From a virus, in IMG/VR virus record IMGVR_UViG_3300023174_000062: DNA of 64,000 bases. One strand, 5' to 3'. Within the stretch, counting starts at the first letter, position 1. The number at the start of each line of letters is the position of its first letter. The position numbers were made by a program, and so were the translations under genes. Shown here piece by piece: positions 19,601-28,722 of the stretch. The notes beneath the pieces were generated by a model that was given only the letters and a program-made list of their open reading frames with translations, did not search any database and was not told where the DNA came from.

Positions 19601-20278
19601 ATGAAAAAAAATGAATTTGAATTTGAATTTGGTGAGTTTCACAATTTAGGATTTATTGGATTGCAATTGTCTGAAGAACAACTAAAACCAATTCGAAATG
19701 AAGTTGAAACAATTCGTAAAAATTTCAAAGGCCATTTAAAGATAAACAAAGAGTTGGCAGGAAATATTGAACATGAGTATGAATTAAACAAATGTAAAAG
19801 TCATATCTTCAGTATACTTATGCCATTGATGGCTCAGTACATTGAACGTTGGGGCGTCTTCAATAAAATTGGTATGTTGACGAATGATGTTCCAATGGTA
19901 CTTAGTAGTCTATGGGTTAATTTTCAAAAGAAACATGAATTTAATCCTCCTCATGTGCATCAAGGCTTAGCAAGTTTTGTTATATGGCTTGATACTCCAT
20001 TTTCAATGGAAGATGAATTGAATACTCTATCAAGTAAAGATGCCGCTATTAAAATTCCTGGACATTTTCAGTTTCTATATACGGACTCACAAGGACATAT
20101 TCGTCAATGCAATATGCCAGTAGACAAAACATGGAATGGAAGAATGGTTCTCTTTCCTTCAACTATGGTACATGCTGTATATCCATTTTCTACTTCCGAT
20201 GAGTATAGAATAAGTATTTCTGGTAACGTTAAACTAGATACAAGTAAATCTAAAATATCAAATTACAATATGAGATGA
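19601..20278 (+). CDS. 2OG-Fe(II) oxygenase-like protein (paralog of previous)
   Basis: WVNFQKKHEFNPPHVH, FPSTMVHAVYPF, RISISGN. Confidence 0.85.
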   Translation: MKKNEFEFEFGEFHNLGFIGLQLSEEQLKPIRNEVETIRKNFKGHLKINKELAGNIEHEYELNKCKSHIFSILMPLMAQYIERWGVFNKIGMLTNDVPMVLSSLWVNFQKKHEFNPPHVHQGLASFVIWLDTPFSMEDELNTLSSKDAAIKIPGHFQFLYTDSQGHIRQCNMPVDKTWNGRMVLFPSTMVHAVYPFSTSDEYRISISGNVKLDTSKSKISNYNMR

Positions 20279-20862
20279 GTTTATATTTTACTAATCACAT
20301 TGTTTCACCTTTATCTCAAGATGTTATAGATGATCTTAGAAAGTTTGACTGGCACACAATCATAGATAAAGGAAATAAATTAGAAGACTTGAATGATAGA
20401 CAATGGAGATTCATCAAAGGCTTGGTTATAGAATTGATTGTGGAGAAGTATAGTGGAGAAGATGGACTAACTTATGTTGGAGATTCATTCAAAGATTATT
20501 TTTGGAAAAAATATAATCTAACTGTAGAATTAAAAAGTGGTTTGTCTGGAAGCATGTATGGTAAAAAAGGAAATTTAAATAAAAATTTCAACATCAAACT
20601 TAACAACAGTAACGGCACCAATAAAAAATCTACATTAGAACTAAGTGAAGTTGCCGACATATTGCTTGTAATCAAAAATGACGGAGCATTTGTTGTTGAC
20701 AACAATACTATAATCAGATGCAGTATGAAAAGTGGAGATGGATTTGATCTTGTATTGAATAGGGGTGACGTTACTCCTATAACTGGTAAACTATATTCAA
20801 ATACTTGTGGCGAATTGAATCTAAAAGAAAAAATTATGAATGCTATCAGAGGTGTAATCTAA
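20275..20862 (+). CDS. PD-(D/E)xK restriction-endonuclease-like protein
   Basis: KGLVIE...KDY...VELKS spacing fits the E..D..ExK active site. Confidence 0.5.
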   Translation: MSLYFTNHIVSPLSQDVIDDLRKFDWHTIIDKGNKLEDLNDRQWRFIKGLVIELIVEKYSGEDGLTYVGDSFKDYFWKKYNLTVELKSGLSGSMYGKKGNLNKNFNIKLNNSNGTNKKSTLELSEVADILLVIKNDGAFVVDNNTIIRCSMKSGDGFDLVLNRGDVTPITGKLYSNTCGELNLKEKIMNAIRGVI

Positions 20863-20883
20863 TATTTTTTATTTTGTCCTCTG

Positions 20884-20896
20884 TAAGTTGTTGATT
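20884..20896. promoter_or_regulatory. IHF consensus site
   Basis: TAAGTTGTTGATT is the reverse complement of WATCAANNNNTTR; in the largest intergenic region. Confidence 0.55.
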
Positions 20897-20928
20897 TTAA
20901 AGGGTTTTTTACTCTATTTTTGGTAAAA

Positions 20929-20968
20929 TGTTGTTTAAATGCGACAAATGTGTTGTTTTAATGCTACA
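20929..20968. promoter_or_regulatory. two tandem imperfect TGTTG-N8-CAACA palindromes
   Basis: TGTTGTTTAAATGCGACA (20929) and TGTTGTTTTAATGCTACA (20951), 22 bp apart. Confidence 0.65.
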
Positions 20969-20984
20969 CTATGTCAAATAATCG

Positions 20985-21012
20985 TTGACTTCAGTTCCTA
21001 CTGTGCTATACT
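20985..21012 (+). promoter_or_regulatory. sigma70-type early promoter
   Basis: TTGACT-N16-TATACT with extended -10 TG. Confidence 0.7.
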
Positions 21013-21045
21013 AGATACATAGATTGAGATTACAGAGGAACTTAC

Positions 21046-21645
21046 ATGTCACATATCGAACGTCCTGGTGCCTACGAAGCCGCTATCAAGCGTAACATCT
21101 TGAACAATGCTACCAAAACTTTCTACAGGACATATCCTGATGCTGGCGATATTGTCACATTCCTGAATGCTAATTACAAAAATTCGTTTTACTCAAACCT
21201 TCTTGGTTCATTGAACACTTATGGTAAGTTGACAGAAAAACAAGTCCTTGCTGTACGCAAGTCTATGGCAACAATGGCTGAACGTAAAGCGCAATGGCAA
21301 GCCGAAGCGGTTGCTAAAAATGCAACCCGTACATTCGTTGGTACTGAAAAGAAAAAGATTACTGTTACTCTTACAGTTAAAAAAGCAATTGTGGTTGAGC
21401 GTCCTCGCTTCCACTACTATGATTCTGGCACCAGCCTTCTCCGTATTTGTGAAGATGCCGCTGGCAATGTTATCGTATTCAGCGGCAATGCAGATTTTCC
21501 TGCCGAAGGCGAGACTGCCACTATCACCGCTACAGTAAAGATGCACCGCTACTATAAACAAGGTGACATTGAAGTGCCACAGACAGTTATCATCCGTCCT
21601 AAGACTGTTGCAACGGTACAACAACCTGTTGCAGAAACCGCTTGA
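21046..21645 (+). CDS. early hypothetical protein with possible C-terminal OB-fold
   Basis: GAGGA SD; GKLTEKQ motif; beta-rich C-term ending ATVKMH...QTVIIRPK. Confidence 0.65.
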   Translation: MSHIERPGAYEAAIKRNILNNATKTFYRTYPDAGDIVTFLNANYKNSFYSNLLGSLNTYGKLTEKQVLAVRKSMATMAERKAQWQAEAVAKNATRTFVGTEKKKITVTLTVKKAIVVERPRFHYYDSGTSLLRICEDAAGNVIVFSGNADFPAEGETATITATVKMHRYYKQGDIEVPQTVIIRPKTVATVQQPVAETA

Positions 21646-21670
21646 CATTTAATTCATACTAAGTTAAGAT
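21642..21670 (+). promoter_or_regulatory. sigma70-type promoter, probably giving a leaderless mRNA
   Basis: TTGACA-N17-TAAGAT with ATG at 21677 and no SD; perfect TGTTG-N8-CAACA at 21606-21623. Confidence 0.65.
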
Positions 21671-21676
21671 ACATAC

Positions 21677-23854
21677 ATGCTTAATAAACAACTTTCAAAA
21701 TCCACTTTAGCAAAGTTACTTGCTACAGAGAATATTTCGGTAGACTATCGCAAGGTGCAGACTGCATCATTCGATATCGTGAATCGCCGTCTTACTCTTC
21801 CCATTATGAATGACACCACACCAGAAATGACAGACCTTTTGGTCGGGCATGAAGTGGGTCACGCATTAGACACACCACAATCATACGTTGAATCGGCTAA
21901 GGCTGGCGGTTCTGCATTCTCTACATTCTTGAATGTGGTTGAAGATGCAAGGATCGAACGTAGAATGAAGGATCGATATCCAGGTTTGCGTAAGCCAATG
22001 GCTATTGCATATCGTCAATTTACCGAACGTGACTTCTTTGGTATCAAAGGTCAAGATGTAAACGCAATGATGTTGATTGATAGAATCAATTTGCATTTTA
22101 AACTTGGTGCTATTGCGGGCATTAAATTCAATGCAGAAGAAATGCTGTACGTTAAAGAGGTTGAAACGGCAGATTCTTTTGAGCAAGTAAAAGATATCAC
22201 CGAACGTTTGTATGCTTTTTGCAAAGCAGAGTTAGAACAAAAACGTCAAGAGGCTAAAGAAGAATTCGAAAAGCGCAAAGAGAATGGCGAATTCGATGAT
22301 GAAGATTTTGGTGACGATAGTTTCGGTGGTGATGATACTGAAGACTATGAAGACAAAAATCCAAATGATTATGATTCTGGATCCGATGACGGTGATGATG
22401 ATTTCGAATCTGAAGATCAATTCGACAATGGCTATTCTAATACGCCAACATTCGAAGATGCTATGCCTAATGAGTTGAAGGCATATGGTGATGAAGTGAA
22501 ATCTGTAACGGATGAAAAATTTCAACAAGCATTAAAAGGTCTTGCCGAAACAAAAGAAATTTATGTTGGTAAAATTGCTAGCCAATCTAAAATCAATGTA
22601 AAAGAATATGTTGTTCCGTTTAAAGAGTTAAAATTCTTTAATGATGAATTGTACAATGATCCTGAGTTGGAACCACACCAGCGTTATGATTCTACTTTGC
22701 TAACAAAATTTGAAGCCAAGAATAAAAATCCAATTGCGTATCTTGTAAAAGAATTTGAAATGAAAAAGAAAGCGGCTGAATTGCGCCGTGTAACAGTCTC
22801 CGATACTGGTACGCTGGACACCAACAAGTTGCATACTTACAAATTCAATGACGATATCTTCCGTAAGATTGGTTCTGTTGCTGAAGGTAAGAATCACGGT
22901 ATTGTGATGTTCATTGACTGGTCTGGTTCTATGCAAGATAATCTGTCTGGCACAATTGAACAGTTGATTACAATGGCAACGTTCTGCCGCAAAGTGAATA
23001 TTCCGTTTGATGTTTATGCCTTCAGTACCGAATATCAAAAGGCTAAAAAAGAATATGTTCCTGCGCCAGAAGGTCAATTGCAAATTGATAATTTTTCTCT
23101 GTTAAACATTTTGTCTAGCAGTATGAAGAATCCAACATATCGTAAATTTGCAAATGATTTGTTGCAAGTGGCTGAGGCATATCAACCTTATGTAAATCAT
23201 CGTAGAAATTACAAGTCTAGTTATATCTGTGATGGTATGGGACTTGGTGGTACTCCGTTGAATGCGACAATTCAAGTTGCATCTAATGTTGTGAATGATT
23301 TCCGTAAACGCACTCGGTCAGAAATTGTGAATGTTATCTTTTTGACTGATGGAGAAGATTCTTCTACTCTTTGGACTGATAATGAATTAGGTCGTAGTGT
23401 TCGTATCGGACCTTCTGACTTCCGTTCAGTATCTTACATTGAAGATAAAGATTCTGCAAAAACCTATCGTGTAAGTGACAAAGGTGTAACACCTACTCTG
23501 TTGGAAATTCTAAAGGATCGTACTGGTTGCAATTTGATTGGATTCTACATTCTGCCAAAAAGCAAACGTTACTTCCAAAATGCAATGGCACGTTTCAACA
23601 TGATGATGACGGATGATAAGTACAAACAATTCCGTAATGAAAAATTCTTTTCTGTTAACGGATATGGCTACTCAGAATATTTTCTGATTCCTGGTGGTGA
23701 TGATTTGTCTACCGAAGATGATTCGCTATCAGACATTCTTGGCGAAGCCAAAGATGTTTCCGCACGTAAGTTGAAAGGCGCATTCTTGAAAATGAACCAA
23801 AACCGTTTGACTAATCGTGTTCTTCTCTCTAAGGTAATCAAGGAAATTGCTTGA
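21677..23854 (+). CDS. CobT-like protein (HExxH N-domain, acidic linker, VWA domain)
   Basis: LAKLLATENI, GHEVGHAL, NVVEDARIE, MIDAS DWSGSM, GGTPL, FLTDGE. Confidence 0.88.
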   Translation: MLNKQLSKSTLAKLLATENISVDYRKVQTASFDIVNRRLTLPIMNDTTPEMTDLLVGHEVGHALDTPQSYVESAKAGGSAFSTFLNVVEDARIERRMKDRYPGLRKPMAIAYRQFTERDFFGIKGQDVNAMMLIDRINLHFKLGAIAGIKFNAEEMLYVKEVETADSFEQVKDITERLYAFCKAELEQKRQEAKEEFEKRKENGEFDDEDFGDDSFGGDDTEDYEDKNPNDYDSGSDDGDDDFESEDQFDNGYSNTPTFEDAMPNELKAYGDEVKSVTDEKFQQALKGLAETKEIYVGKIASQSKINVKEYVVPFKELKFFNDELYNDPELEPHQRYDSTLLTKFEAKNKNPIAYLVKEFEMKKKAAELRRVTVSDTGTLDTNKLHTYKFNDDIFRKIGSVAEGKNHGIVMFIDWSGSMQDNLSGTIEQLITMATFCRKVNIPFDVYAFSTEYQKAKKEYVPAPEGQLQIDNFSLLNILSSSMKNPTYRKFANDLLQVAEAYQPYVNHRRNYKSSYICDGMGLGGTPLNATIQVASNVVNDFRKRTRSEIVNVIFLTDGEDSSTLWTDNELGRSVRIGPSDFRSVSYIEDKDSAKTYRVSDKGVTPTLLEILKDRTGCNLIGFYILPKSKRYFQNAMARFNMMMTDDKYKQFRNEKFFSVNGYGYSEYFLIPGGDDLSTEDDSLSDILGEAKDVSARKLKGAFLKMNQNRLTNRVLLSKVIKEIA

Positions 23855-23914
23855 TGTTGCGTAAAAACAACAGTTTGAATAACCCTTGACTTACCATAAA
23901 TACTCTGTTATACT
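23855..23914 (+). promoter_or_regulatory. TGTTG-N8-CAACA palindrome plus sigma70 promoter
   Basis: TGTTGCGTAAAAACAACA 23855-23872; TTGACT(23886)-N17-TATACT(23909). Confidence 0.75.
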
Positions 23915-23957
23915 ACTAGTATTGAAATTGATTTTTAACTGAAAGGCAAATTATATT

Positions 23958-25145
23958 ATGATTACGCAAAGTGAAAAAATTGCATTCGTTACCGAAGCCG
24001 CCAAACGTTTCGGTGCCATTGTAACCCGCCAGCAATTGGTGACACTTTCTGAAGAGACTGGCACCAAGCGCCAGTTCTGGCTTGAAGCCGACCAGTACCG
24101 AGTTGGTCGTGGCAAGTATCAATTGCCCCTCCAAGAATTTAATGTTAACATGGCTGGTCTTGCACTAGTGCAATCCACTCCAGTTCCTTCTATGCCAATT
24201 ACTGAACCTATCAAGGCTCCTGTTGCAAAGGCAGTAGCAAAAATGTCTTCCGTTGCACGTATGCAAGAAGGCGCAATTATTCCTAAAGTGAATTCTCTAT
24301 ACGTTCCTTTTGGATTCTTTGACAACATGAAACGTATTGTTGCATCGAAGAAATTTTATCCAGTATTTGTTTCTGGTCTCTCTGGTAACGGCAAGACTTT
24401 CATGGTCGAACAAGCCTGTGCCCAATTGAAAACAGAATGTCTCCGTGTGAATATTTCACCAGAGACTGATGAAGATGATTTGATTGGTGGTTTCCGTTTG
24501 ATTGACGGTGAGACAAAATGGTTTGATGGTCCAGTTGTTCAAGCAATGAAGTCTGGCGCCGTTTTGATTCTTGATGAAATTGATCGTGGTTCAAATAAAC
24601 TAATGTGCTTGCAAGGTGTACTTGAAGGCAAAGGTTTGTTTGTTAAAAAGACTGGTGAGTTTGTTGAGCCAATGCAAGGTTTCAACGTTATCGCTACTGC
24701 AAACACCAAAGGTAAAGGTGATGAATCTGGTCGCTATATGGCCGCTACAATTCTTGATGATGCGTTCCTTGAGCGTTTCCCAATTACTGTAGAACAAGAA
24801 TATCCTGATGTTAAAGTTGAAACAAAGATTTTGACTAAGTTGTTTACCAGCCTTGGTATTGATGACAAAGCATTCGCAGAAAATCTTGTGAAGTGGGCTG
24901 ATATCATTCGTAAGACTTTCGAAGAAGGTGCTATCGATGAATTGATTTCTACTCGCCGTTTGTCGCACATTGCTGAAGCCTATACTATCTTCAATGATAA
25001 GATGGAAGCAATTAAGTATTGTATCAACCGCTTTGATGCAGAGACTAAAACTTCATTCCTTGATTTGTATACCAAGATTGATGCTGGCATTGATCCTACT
25101 GCGGAAGTGACACCTGCGCCAGCAGTTGATGACGTACCGTTCTAA
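23958..25145 (+). CDS. cobS: CobS/MoxR-like AAA+ ATPase
   Basis: GLSGNGKT, ETDEDDLIGG, LILDEID, ATANTKG, AFLERF, ISTRRL. Confidence 0.92.
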   Translation: MITQSEKIAFVTEAAKRFGAIVTRQQLVTLSEETGTKRQFWLEADQYRVGRGKYQLPLQEFNVNMAGLALVQSTPVPSMPITEPIKAPVAKAVAKMSSVARMQEGAIIPKVNSLYVPFGFFDNMKRIVASKKFYPVFVSGLSGNGKTFMVEQACAQLKTECLRVNISPETDEDDLIGGFRLIDGETKWFDGPVVQAMKSGAVLILDEIDRGSNKLMCLQGVLEGKGLFVKKTGEFVEPMQGFNVIATANTKGKGDESGRYMAATILDDAFLERFPITVEQEYPDVKVETKILTKLFTSLGIDDKAFAENLVKWADIIRKTFEEGAIDELISTRRLSHIAEAYTIFNDKMEAIKYCINRFDAETKTSFLDLYTKIDAGIDPTAEVTPAPAVDDVPF

Positions 25146-25166
25146 ATCTCCTGGCAGTAATGCCTT

Positions 25167-25204
25167 AGAGGCTACTTGACGTAGCCTCTTTTTTTATATA
25201 TAAT
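25167..25204 (+). terminator. Rho-independent terminator overlapping a sigma70 promoter
   Basis: AGAGGCTAC-TTGAC-GTAGCCTCT-T run; TTGACG(25176)-N17-TATAAT(25199). Confidence 0.8.
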
Positions 25205-25236
25205 AGTGAGATAATTTTTAATAATATGGAGAATTT

Positions 25237-26094
25237 ATGGAATTTGAATTGAACATTCAGCAATTAAGAACTAAAAAACTTTTTATTGCGACACCAATGT
25301 ATGGCGGACAATGCCATGGTGCATACACAAAAGCAATCACCGATCTTATGGTACTATGTACCAAGTATGGTATTGAAGCCAAACTCTTTTTCATCTTCAA
25401 CGAATCACTAGTGCAACGTGCTAGGAATTATTTGACGGATGAATTTGTTCGTAGTGGATTCGATTATATGCTTTTCATCGATAGCGATATTCACTTTGAA
25501 GCGCAAGACGTTTTAGTGATGATGCACTTTGCGGTAACCCGTGAAGATATGGATGTTGTTTGTGCGCCATATCCAAAGAAAGCAATTTCTTGGGAGAAAA
25601 TTAAAGTTGCAGTTGACAAAGGATTCGCAGATGCTAATCCAAATCAATTGGAAGAATTTGTTGGTGACTACGTTTTCAATCCAGCAGATGGTGTTACTCA
25701 ATTCCGAATTGATGAACCAATCGAAGTGAAAGAAAGTGGTACAGGCTTTATGCTTATCACACGTACTGCACTTGAAAAATATGATGTTGCATTCCCAACA
25801 CAAAGTTATAAGCCAGATCATGTGCGTACAGAAAACTTTGATGGTAGCCGAGAAATCATGGCGTACTTTGATTGCGTTATTTGTCCAGATACAAAACGTT
25901 ATCTCTCAGAAGATTACATGTTCTGTCAATGGATGCGTAAAGCAGGTGGTAAGGTTTGGTTGCTTCCATGGATTCGTTTGAAACATGCTGGTAGTTATAT
26001 CTTTGGTGGTTCTTTGCAAGCACTTGCGGCTATCAATGCATCACCAACCGCCGATGCTACAGCAGTTAAAAGAAGTGTTACTGCACTAAGATGA
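25237..26094 (+). CDS. GT-A fold glycosyltransferase-like protein
   Basis: IATPMYGG, ESLVQRARN, LFIDSDI (DxD), GTGFMLI, YLSEDYMFC. Confidence 0.75.
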   Translation: MEFELNIQQLRTKKLFIATPMYGGQCHGAYTKAITDLMVLCTKYGIEAKLFFIFNESLVQRARNYLTDEFVRSGFDYMLFIDSDIHFEAQDVLVMMHFAVTREDMDVVCAPYPKKAISWEKIKVAVDKGFADANPNQLEEFVGDYVFNPADGVTQFRIDEPIEVKESGTGFMLITRTALEKYDVAFPTQSYKPDHVRTENFDGSREIMAYFDCVICPDTKRYLSEDYMFCQWMRKAGGKVWLLPWIRLKHAGSYIFGGSLQALAAINASPTADATAVKRSVTALR

Positions 26095-26378
26095 TAGACT
26101 ATCGATATAATGAAGATAAGACTTTGGAGGAACTGAAGTCTTATATTGACGCAACATACGGGCAACATTATTCCCGTGACAAATTCCAAGCAACAGAATT
26201 CATCATCGATGGTGGACATGGTGAAGGATTCTGTATCGGGAACGTGCTGAAATATGCACAAAGGTATGGCAAGAAAGACGGCCGCAATCGTAAAGACTTG
26301 CTTAAAATTTTACACTATGCTATAATCATGCTACACGTACATGACTTGAATGAAGGAAAACAAAATGAAACTAAGTGA
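26091..26378 (+). CDS. DUF3310-like phage protein
   Basis: TYGQHY, GFCIGNVLKYAQRYGKK, DLLKILHY. Confidence 0.75.
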   Translation: MIDYRYNEDKTLEELKSYIDATYGQHYSRDKFQATEFIIDGGHGEGFCIGNVLKYAQRYGKKDGRNRKDLLKILHYAIIMLHVHDLNEGKQNETK

Positions 26379-27036
26379 ATCAACAATCAACGTTCTTAAA
26401 AACTTTGCTACCATTAATGCTGGTATGCAATTTAAAGAAGGCTCTGTAGTGCGAACTATCTCCAAAGGACAGAACGTACTAGGCAAAGCAACAGTAACGG
26501 AAGCATTCGAAAAAGATTTTGTCATTTATGATTTGAATCGTTTCTTGTCTCTCTGTGGTTCTTTGACTGACCCTGAGATTGTTATCAATAGTGATAGCAA
26601 TAATCTCACAATCAAATCTGGAACATCCAAGACAACATATGGTCTTGCAGATGAATCTATGATTATTGCACCGCCAGCAAAAGAGATTAAAGTAGAAAAT
26701 GCCGAAGTGAATTTTCGACTGACAAAAGATGACTTGAATCAAGTATTGAAGTTGTCTGGCATCTTGGGTCTTCCAAACATTGCAGTAACTGGTAATGGTT
26801 CGGAAATCTCTATCTCTGCGCTTGACGTTAAGAATGCAGACTCTGATGACTTCTCAATTAAAGTTGGTGAGACTTCAGCAAACTTCCGAATGATTTTCGT
26901 TACAGAAAATCTTAAGATGGTTCCTGGTACATATGATGTATCTATTTCGTCCAAAGGCATTTCACATTTCAAACATGCGACTGATGCAATTGAATATTGG
27001 ATTGCTACTGAAGCCGGTTCTAAGTACGAAGGTTAA
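26365..27036 (+). CDS. gp45: sliding clamp
   Basis: MKLSESTINVLKNFATIN, IYDLNRFL, YWIATE. Confidence 0.95.
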   Translation: MKLSESTINVLKNFATINAGMQFKEGSVVRTISKGQNVLGKATVTEAFEKDFVIYDLNRFLSLCGSLTDPEIVINSDSNNLTIKSGTSKTTYGLADESMIIAPPAKEIKVENAEVNFRLTKDDLNQVLKLSGILGLPNIAVTGNGSEISISALDVKNADSDDFSIKVGETSANFRMIFVTENLKMVPGTYDVSISSKGISHFKHATDAIEYWIATEAGSKYEG

Positions 27037-27040
27037 TATT

Positions 27041-27301
27041 ATGAGTAATGTGATTGTTCCGTCCTCTCCAGAGGACCGTAAAAAGATTCTGGATGCACTT
27101 GTCGAAATTTCAAATTCACTCACTCGCATTGAAGCGGAACGTGATTTGATTAAAGACATTCTTGTTTCGGTTGAAGATAAATTTGAGTTGCCTAAAAAGT
27201 ACACTCGCAAACTTGCAAAAATTTATCACAAACAAAACTTCACCGAGGTACAACAAGAACAAGACGATGTTGAAACCCTTTATGAGAGTGTGGCTAAGTA
27301 A
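27041..27301 (+). CDS. dsbA: T4 DsbA-like dsDNA-binding protein
   Basis: EISNSLTRIEAERDLIKDI...LAKIYHKQNF...ETLYE pattern. Confidence 0.7.
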   Translation: MSNVIVPSSPEDRKKILDALVEISNSLTRIEAERDLIKDILVSVEDKFELPKKYTRKLAKIYHKQNFTEVQQEQDDVETLYESVAK

Positions 27302-27309
27302 CACTCAGT

Positions 27310-27338
27310 TTGCATTCTAACATGCAATGTGTTAGAAT
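27310..27338 (+). promoter_or_regulatory. sigma70 promoter inside an inverted repeat
   Basis: TTGCAT-N17-TAGAAT; ATTCTAACA-N7-TGTTAGAAT. Confidence 0.6.
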
Positions 27339-27367
27339 ATATTTTTATGTTATGATAAGGTGAACAC

Positions 27368-28306
27368 ATGCTACAAGATTTTTTGTGGGTCGAAAAGTAT
27401 CGACCAAAAACTGTTGAAGATACAATTCTTCCAGCAGACTTAAAGGCAACATTCCAACAATTCGTTGACCAAAAGAATGTTCCCAATCTGATTCTTACAG
27501 GCGGTCCTGGCGTTGGTAAAACTACTATCGCCAAGGCTATGCTTGAAGAACTTGGATGTACTTATATTGTTATTAACGGATCGATGAATGGCAACATCGA
27601 TACCTTGCGAAATGAAATTAAAAACTTTGCCTCAACTGTATCATTCTCTGGTGGTCGCAAATATGTTATTCTTGACGAGGCTGATTATCTTAATCCGCAA
27701 TCTACTCAACCCGCATTACGAAACTTCATGGAAGAGTTTTCTGCTAATTGTGGTTTTATCCTTACTTGCAACTTTCTCAATCGTATCATCGCCCCTCTTC
27801 ACAGCCGATGCTCTGTTGTACAGTTTAAGATAAACGCATCAGACAAGCCAAAACTTGCTGGTCGTTTTATGAAACGTATGACTGGCATTCTACAAAAAGA
27901 AAACGTAGAGTATGAAGAGAAGGTTGTTGCTGAACTTATTATGAAACACTTTCCTGATTGGAGGCGTGTTCTCAATGAACTGCAACGTTACTCCGCTACG
28001 GGTAAGATTGATACTGGAATTCTTGCGAATATCTCAAGTGACAATTTCAAGTCATTAGTTGATAAACTGAAAGCAAAAGACTTCACAGGTATGCGTAAGT
28101 GGGTTGCAGAGAATCTAGACAATGAGCCATCAGTACTATTCAAACGAATCTTTGATAACAGCAATGAATGCTTAGTGCCAGATTCTGTTCCACGTTTGGT
28201 TCTATTGCTTGCCGACTATCAATACAAGTCTGCATTTGTCGTTGACCAAGAAATTAACTTTGTCGCTTTCTTGACTGAAGTGATGGTTGACTGTGAATTC
28301 AAATGA
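27368..28306 (+). CDS. gp44: clamp loader ATPase subunit
   Basis: LWVEKYRP, GGPGVGKT, ILDEAD, LHSRC, FPDWRR. Confidence 0.97.
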   Translation: MLQDFLWVEKYRPKTVEDTILPADLKATFQQFVDQKNVPNLILTGGPGVGKTTIAKAMLEELGCTYIVINGSMNGNIDTLRNEIKNFASTVSFSGGRKYVILDEADYLNPQSTQPALRNFMEEFSANCGFILTCNFLNRIIAPLHSRCSVVQFKINASDKPKLAGRFMKRMTGILQKENVEYEEKVVAELIMKHFPDWRRVLNELQRYSATGKIDTGILANISSDNFKSLVDKLKAKDFTGMRKWVAENLDNEPSVLFKRIFDNSNECLVPDSVPRLVLLLADYQYKSAFVVDQEINFVAFLTEVMVDCEFK

Positions 28307-28722
28307 CACCATTTGACTACCTAAACGCTATCAACCAATCAAAAGAAAACATGATGGTTGGTACTGACAATGATGACTTGGCAGAAAAATCGTACAATGC
28401 GTACATCGTTAATAAAGGACTATCTTACTTTCCAGACACCGTACTCTATGCTAATGAGATGAATCTCCGTCATTTACTTGACAACAAACCTCAATTTCTC
28501 TATTTACTAAATACCATCAGGCCTAAAAAAAGGTTCAGCAAATGGTTTAAAAATGAAATAGTTGAGGACATTAATGTGATTTCAGAATATTTTGGCTATA
28601 GTTACGCTAAGGCTAAACAAGTACAGAATCTCATAACCTCCGATCAACTTAAAATCATGCGACAAAAATTAGAAAAAGGTGGTTTGAAGTCTAAGGAGAA
28701 AAAAAATGGCGGTGAACGTTGA
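28303..28722 (+). CDS. gp62: clamp loader small subunit
   Basis: PFDYLNAIN, GLSYFPDT, ANEMN, KRFSKW, YFGYS. Confidence 0.93.
   Translation: MTPFDYLNAINQSKENMMVGTDNDDLAEKSYNAYIVNKGLSYFPDTVLYANEMNLRHLLDNKPQFLYLLNTIRPKKRFSKWFKNEIVEDINVISEYFGYSYAKAKQVQNLITSDQLKIMRQKLEKGGLKSKEKKNGGER

Noticed and set aside
21677-25145. Cobalamin biosynthesis AMGs
   Set aside because: No cobN or other cob genes in the window; peptidase-VWA architecture indicates a generic AAA+/VWA system
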